This document shows positions 28,301 to 32,319 of a DNA stretch of 32,319 nucleotides, in pieces. The translations under genes were made by a program, and so were the position numbers. A model generated the notes under the pieces. It did not search any database. It was not told where the DNA came from and saw only the letters and a program-made list of their open reading frames with translations. This DNA comes from a virus (Duplodnaviria; Caudoviricetes): positions 1-32,319 of IMG/VR virus record IMGVR_UViG_3300032312_001897. One strand, given 5' to 3'. Each line of letters starts with the position of its first letter. The stretch's first letter is position 1.

Positions 28301-28358
28301 ATCGTTTTTTGTTTATAATAATTAGAAAATATCTTCCTTTCTATTTATTATAATAACA

Positions 28359-31300
28359 ATGCAAAAACACAGAATTTTAACAAAAATAGGTCAAGACCAA
28401 AGGGTTACTGTTGAATTAAAACAAGATTTCGACCTTCTCGAAATATTGTCATTAAAGTTTACACAACAAGACGCATACACCTCACTTTGTGCAGATTATG
28501 GAGTGGTGTGTGGAAGAGTAAGTGTAAATAGCGGATTTGGGATTCCGAATGCTAGAGTTTCAATTTTCATACCTCAAAACGAGATTGACCAAGAAGACCC
28601 TGTAATATCTAATTTATATCCATATGTTTCAACAGAAGATAGAAATGAAAATAACTATAGATATAATTTATTACCATCAAGAAAACAACATTCAGGACAT
28701 ACACCAACAGGGACATTTTTTGACCAAAAAGATATTTTAACGAGAGAAGAGGTTTTAGAAGTGTATGAAAAATATTACAAATATACCGTAAAAACAAATG
28801 ATTCTGGTGATTTCATGATTTGGGGAGTTCCAGTCGGTTCACAAACAATACATGTTGATATTGATTTATCAGATATGGGATGTCAATCATTAGTTCCTTT
28901 TGATTTAATGTATGAAGGAATATCAGAAGAGAAATTTGAAAACAAATATACTTTCTTATCTTCTGAAAATTTAGATACCCTACCTCAAATTTTTTCATTT
29001 GATAAAACTATTGAAGTTTATCCGTTTTGGGGTAACGAGTCGTTATGTGAAATCGGATTAACAAGGACAGATTTTGATTTAGGAGAACGTGGAGTTAGAT
29101 TGGAACCTTATGCATTAATAATGGGAGGTACAATTACTGATACAGGTAAAGATGCGTTAAGAGTTAATTGTAACGTTGATAATCAAATGGGTGAAAAATG
29201 TAGACTTACTACATTTGAAGGAGATGTTGAGGCGATTAGATTTACTGGTAATTATGAAAAAAACGAAGATGGTAGTCCTAATATGGACAGACCAATATTA
29301 GAAAAATTTACAATTGATAGTACTATAGACGAAAATGGTATTTTTTTCTTTAGAGTACCTATGAATACACATTACATATATACCAATGAATTTGGTGAAA
29401 ATGTAATTTCAAGAGATGGTAAATTAGGTATACCAACTAAAGGAACGTATCGATTCAGATTTTCTTTAGATAAGGATGGTGGTGAAAGAAACAAACTAAC
29501 AGGTAAAATATTAGTTCCAAATATTAGAGAATATCACATTAATGATACGTTTTTAATTGGTGATTATAGTACGATTAATCCTAAGTCATATTCTTTTAGT
29601 ACTAATATAGATGATTATCCAACAGAAGCTCTTAAAGAAATTTCCGGTAGAAGTACTGATGCAATCAATGATGGTAAAATAGGTGTACCACAAGATTATT
29701 TTTATCAATTTAGATATGGTAGAACATATTCTGTTAGTCAATTTATAAACAAATATTATAAAACAAGTGCGTTAGAAAGAGCCTTTAGTTTTTTTGTAAA
29801 AGATAGAAGAGAATCTTTTATTGGAATTAAAGAGATATGGCCATCAGAAAAAGAAGATTGTTCAACAACAAATAATTATTTTCCTGTAAATGATGCGGTT
29901 AGAAATCATAGATTTAATTTTTTTATACTCACAATATTAAGTTACATCGAATTTATAATTCTTAGAATATCTTTGTTTCTAAGAGAATTTGTTGCAACTG
30001 TTTTATTTTTTATTGCAAATCTTTTGGCGGATACAGGGATAACTGATAGAGTTTCTGCTAAAATGTATAAAAGAGCAAAAGAGTTTCAATTTAATAATAT
30101 ATTTCGTTTAAATCTAATTACATATCCTGATTGCTACGATTGTACTGAAGATGAATCCGAAGGAGAATACGAAATAATAACAAATCCTGTAAATTCTGCT
30201 GCCTTTACAGGAACAACAGCAACAAATACAAATTTTTATTTTGGTGAAAATTATTTAACAACAAGACCACCAGGTTGTGATTCTTATAGTTTTATTAATA
30301 ATGAGGGAACAAATATAACATTTTCATTTTTAGATTGTGATAGTATATCGATAACACACACAGTAATTAGTGGAGACACTATAAATCTTTGTGGAGTTGC
30401 AGGACAATCAACACCTATAGGATTAACACTTGATACCATTCAAACTAATGGATGTTCGGGAACCGCAGGTGCTAATTTTGACTATGATTTATATTTTAGA
30501 ACTACAGGTTCGGGATTTCCTGGATTTACACCAATTAATTTACCAACACAAAATCAAGGTACTCAAGTTGATGGTGCATTTCTTTATCAACATTATTTAA
30601 TTGAAATTGATATACTTGGAGGACAAAGTCTTTTTATTCCAATTGGGTTAGGTCAAATATATCCAATTATTTGGGATTCATTTAGAAATACATGGAAAGT
30701 AAAAGGACTATATTTAAAAATATTAGAAGACATCTCAAATTCATATAATGTACCTATAGATACTGTAGTACCAAATACTTGTCATGCTTCAGATGGGTAT
30801 GTTTTAATTAAAAAAATATGGTTAGTTAAATCTAGCTTTACTCCAACTGAATATACAATTAGAGAAATTGAAAGTGGATGTTCTAAATATGATTATATTA
30901 TAGATGACAGTAGGACCGGTAATATGTCTTTGAAAGGTATTGTTATGCCAATTTATGGTTTAAATTTTACCGCAAATTCATACAGAGAAGTAACTGATTA
31001 CTATAAAAAATATAGACCAATCAATCAATTACCCGGAAATACTGGACCACATAGACCTAACTCTTTCTCCAGATTTATGTGGGATCAGCTTGATGATGAT
31101 TATAATAGTAAGATATTAGGTACCGGACAATATGCTGTTACTGATTGTGAAGCACCATTGGTATATGATGTTGCTGGAGTTGCGTCGGTGTATCCTAAGT
31201 TTCCAACGGTTAATAGAGGAAATTTTATAAATAACGACTCAAGATGTATAAAATATGGTCAATATTTTGGACAAAATAGAGACACATTACCGGTAGATTA

Positions 31301-32319
31301 TGGACCAACAGAAAATGGAACATTAACTGGATGGTCAGAATTTAGAGATGGTGTTTATACAATTGTGCCTTTAGCCGGTAGAACTGGAGAAATGTTAAAC
31401 TCATATAGAAGAAGAAAATTGTTTGGTAAGTTAATGTGTGGAGGTGTTATATCATATGTGTTTACGAATTCATGGTTGAATGGAGTATTATATTTCTTTC
31501 AGTTTATGAAAAGAGGTTCAAATAGATTCTGTAAAGATTGTGTTTATAAAAAAGTTGAGTCTGACGGTAAAATTAATTTTTATTATAGGTCAACACCATA
31601 CAATAGTAATTACACCGCTTATGAAATACAAAGCGACAATCAAACAAGTATAGAATATAGTGGTAAAACAAAAGGTTTTTATGGTGTTAGAAAAAATATA
31701 AATTATAGTGATACAAATAAATTTCCTACTTTACCAAATTACACTATTTTACTCGGAGACGTATCTGGTAGGAATGTAAGAAAAAGAGAGATTAATTTTC
31801 CAACAACAATAATAGATTTAGGACCAAGGTCAACATGGATTAAAGAAATATGTATTGATCCGGAGTTTGATGTTAACTGTTCTATAACAAGAAGTATTGG
31901 TTCAACATCATATAAAGGTTTGGATGATTTGATGGAATATATTATTCAATCAAAAGAAATAAAAGAAAGAGGTAAATTAGACGTACAAGATTTATTTGAT
32001 TCAAGAGGATTTGGATTAATTGATGGTGACATTGCTCAGTTGATGAACTTCAATACACAAGCAGGAATTTTTCCTTTTGAATATGAAGAGGCAAATTCAC
32101 CATATACTGATTTATATAGTGCAACATTTGATTCAAAAGGACCTATTGGTTTAGATTTTATTTTTAGTGAAGACGATCCGGATTCTACAACAATTGAATC
32201 AAATGGATATTTGATTAGAAAATGTCTTAACTCACCAGGGAAATTAGGTGACAATTCACAGATTATACCATATTATATGTGGGACACTAGAGGACACGGA
32301 TTCGGAGAAACTAGAGTTA
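28359..32319 (+). CDS. Very large virion/baseplate-associated protein, partial (at least 1320 codons, runs off the window)
   Basis: Starts MQKHRILTKIGQDQRVTVELKQDFDLLEILSL...GVVCGRVSVNSGFGIPNARVSIFIP after TATTTATT (28342-28349); same frame at the window end (..YYMWDTRGHGFGETRV); its absence from the ORF track implies no in-frame stop. Confidence 0.85.
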   Translation, partial: MQKHRILTKIGQDQRVTVELKQDFDLLEILSLKFTQQDAYTSLCADYGVVCGRVSVNSGFGIPNARVSIFIPQNEIDQEDPVISNLYPYVSTEDRNENNYRYNLLPSRKQHSGHTPTGTFFDQKDILTREEVLEVYEKYYKYTVKTNDSGDFMIWGVPVGSQTIHVDIDLSDMGCQSLVPFDLMYEGISEEKFENKYTFLSSENLDTLPQIFSFDKTIEVYPFWGNESLCEIGLTRTDFDLGERGVRLEPYALIMGGTITDTGKDALRVNCNVDNQMGEKCRLTTFEGDVEAIRFTGNYEKNEDGSPNMDRPILEKFTIDSTIDENGIFFFRVPMNTHYIYTNEFGENVISRDGKLGIPTKGTYRFRFSLDKDGGERNKLTGKILVPNIREYHINDTFLIGDYSTINPKSYSFSTNIDDYPTEALKEISGRSTDAINDGKIGVPQDYFYQFRYGRTYSVSQFINKYYKTSALERAFSFFVKDRRESFIGIKEIWPSEKEDCSTTNNYFPVNDAVRNHRFNFFILTILSYIEFIILRISLFLREFVATVLFFIANLLADTGITDRVSAKMYKRAKEFQFNNIFRLNLITYPDCYDCTEDESEGEYEIITNPVNSAAFTGTTATNTNFYFGENYLTTRPPGCDSYSFINNEGTNITFSFLDCDSISITHTVISGDTINLCGVAGQSTPIGLTLDTIQTNGCSGTAGANFDYDLYFRTTGSGFPGFTPINLPTQNQGTQVDGAFLYQHYLIEIDILGGQSLFIPIGLGQIYPIIWDSFRNTWKVKGLYLKILEDISNSYNVPIDTVVPNTCHASDGYVLIKKIWLVKSSFTPTEYTIREIESGCSKYDYIIDDSRTGNMSLKGIVMPIYGLNFTANSYREVTDYYKKYRPINQLPGNTGPHRPNSFSRFMWDQLDDDYNSKILGTGQYAVTDCEAPLVYDVAGVASVYPKFPTVNRGNFINNDSRCIKYGQYFGQNRDTLPVDYGPTENGTLTGWSEFRDGVYTIVPLAGRTGEMLNSYRRRKLFGKLMCGGVISYVFTNSWLNGVLYFFQFMKRGSNRFCKDCVYKKVESDGKINFYYRSTPYNSNYTAYEIQSDNQTSIEYSGKTKGFYGVRKNINYSDTNKFPTLPNYTILLGDVSGRNVRKREINFPTTIIDLGPRSTWIKEICIDPEFDVNCSITRSIGSTSYKGLDDLMEYIIQSKEIKERGKLDVQDLFDSRGFGLIDGDIAQLMNFNTQAGIFPFEYEEANSPYTDLYSATFDSKGPIGLDFIFSEDDPDSTTIESNGYLIRKCLNSPGKLGDNSQIIPYYMWDTRGHGFGETRV

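Noticed and set aside
353-32254. Short minus-strand and out-of-frame ORFs in the track (e.g. 353-550, 2174-2374, 3195-3608, 5419-5838, 26270-26452, 27058-27447, 32036-32254)
   Set aside because: They shadow well-supported + strand genes, have antisense-type composition and show no motifs.
1-32319. Alternative genetic code (TAG/TGA reassignment) as in some huge phages
   Set aside because: Genes are full length in the standard code; TGA (11482-11484) and TAG (RHH gene) appear to serve as stops.

Overview
AT-rich, almost entirely + strand segment of a large myovirus (jumbo/huge phage, T4-like gene families, standard genetic code). A Bacteroidota host is inferred from the lack of Shine-Dalgarno motifs and the promoter style. 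Gene order: end of an upstream ORF; a small divergent ribbon-helix-helix gene; a contractile tail module (sheath, tube, tail-assembly chaperone, tape measure, tube-initiator-like protein with an OmpA-like insert, LysM/gp53-like wedge, giant gp27-like hub); small ORFs including a Dps/ferritin-like protein; a replication/recombination block (gp32-like SSB, RecA/UvsX, 5'-3' exonuclease, DnaB-like helicase, class II RNR, Cys-rich ORF); then baseplate gp25 and gp6/J and a >1300-codon ORF running off the window, missing from the ORF track. Most notable signals: (1) a probable programmed +1 frameshift (UUU_UUU_CGC) in the chaperone gene; (2) the sheath-tube intergenic region, with a near-consensus bacterial parS site, a palindrome-flanked AT-only core (candidate origin) and an ORF-less antisense promoter; (3) phased AGATA repeats at the RHH gene start; (4) a recurring TATTTAT(A/T) motif before the structural units. 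Protein assignments come from motif recognition and synteny only; no searches were run.
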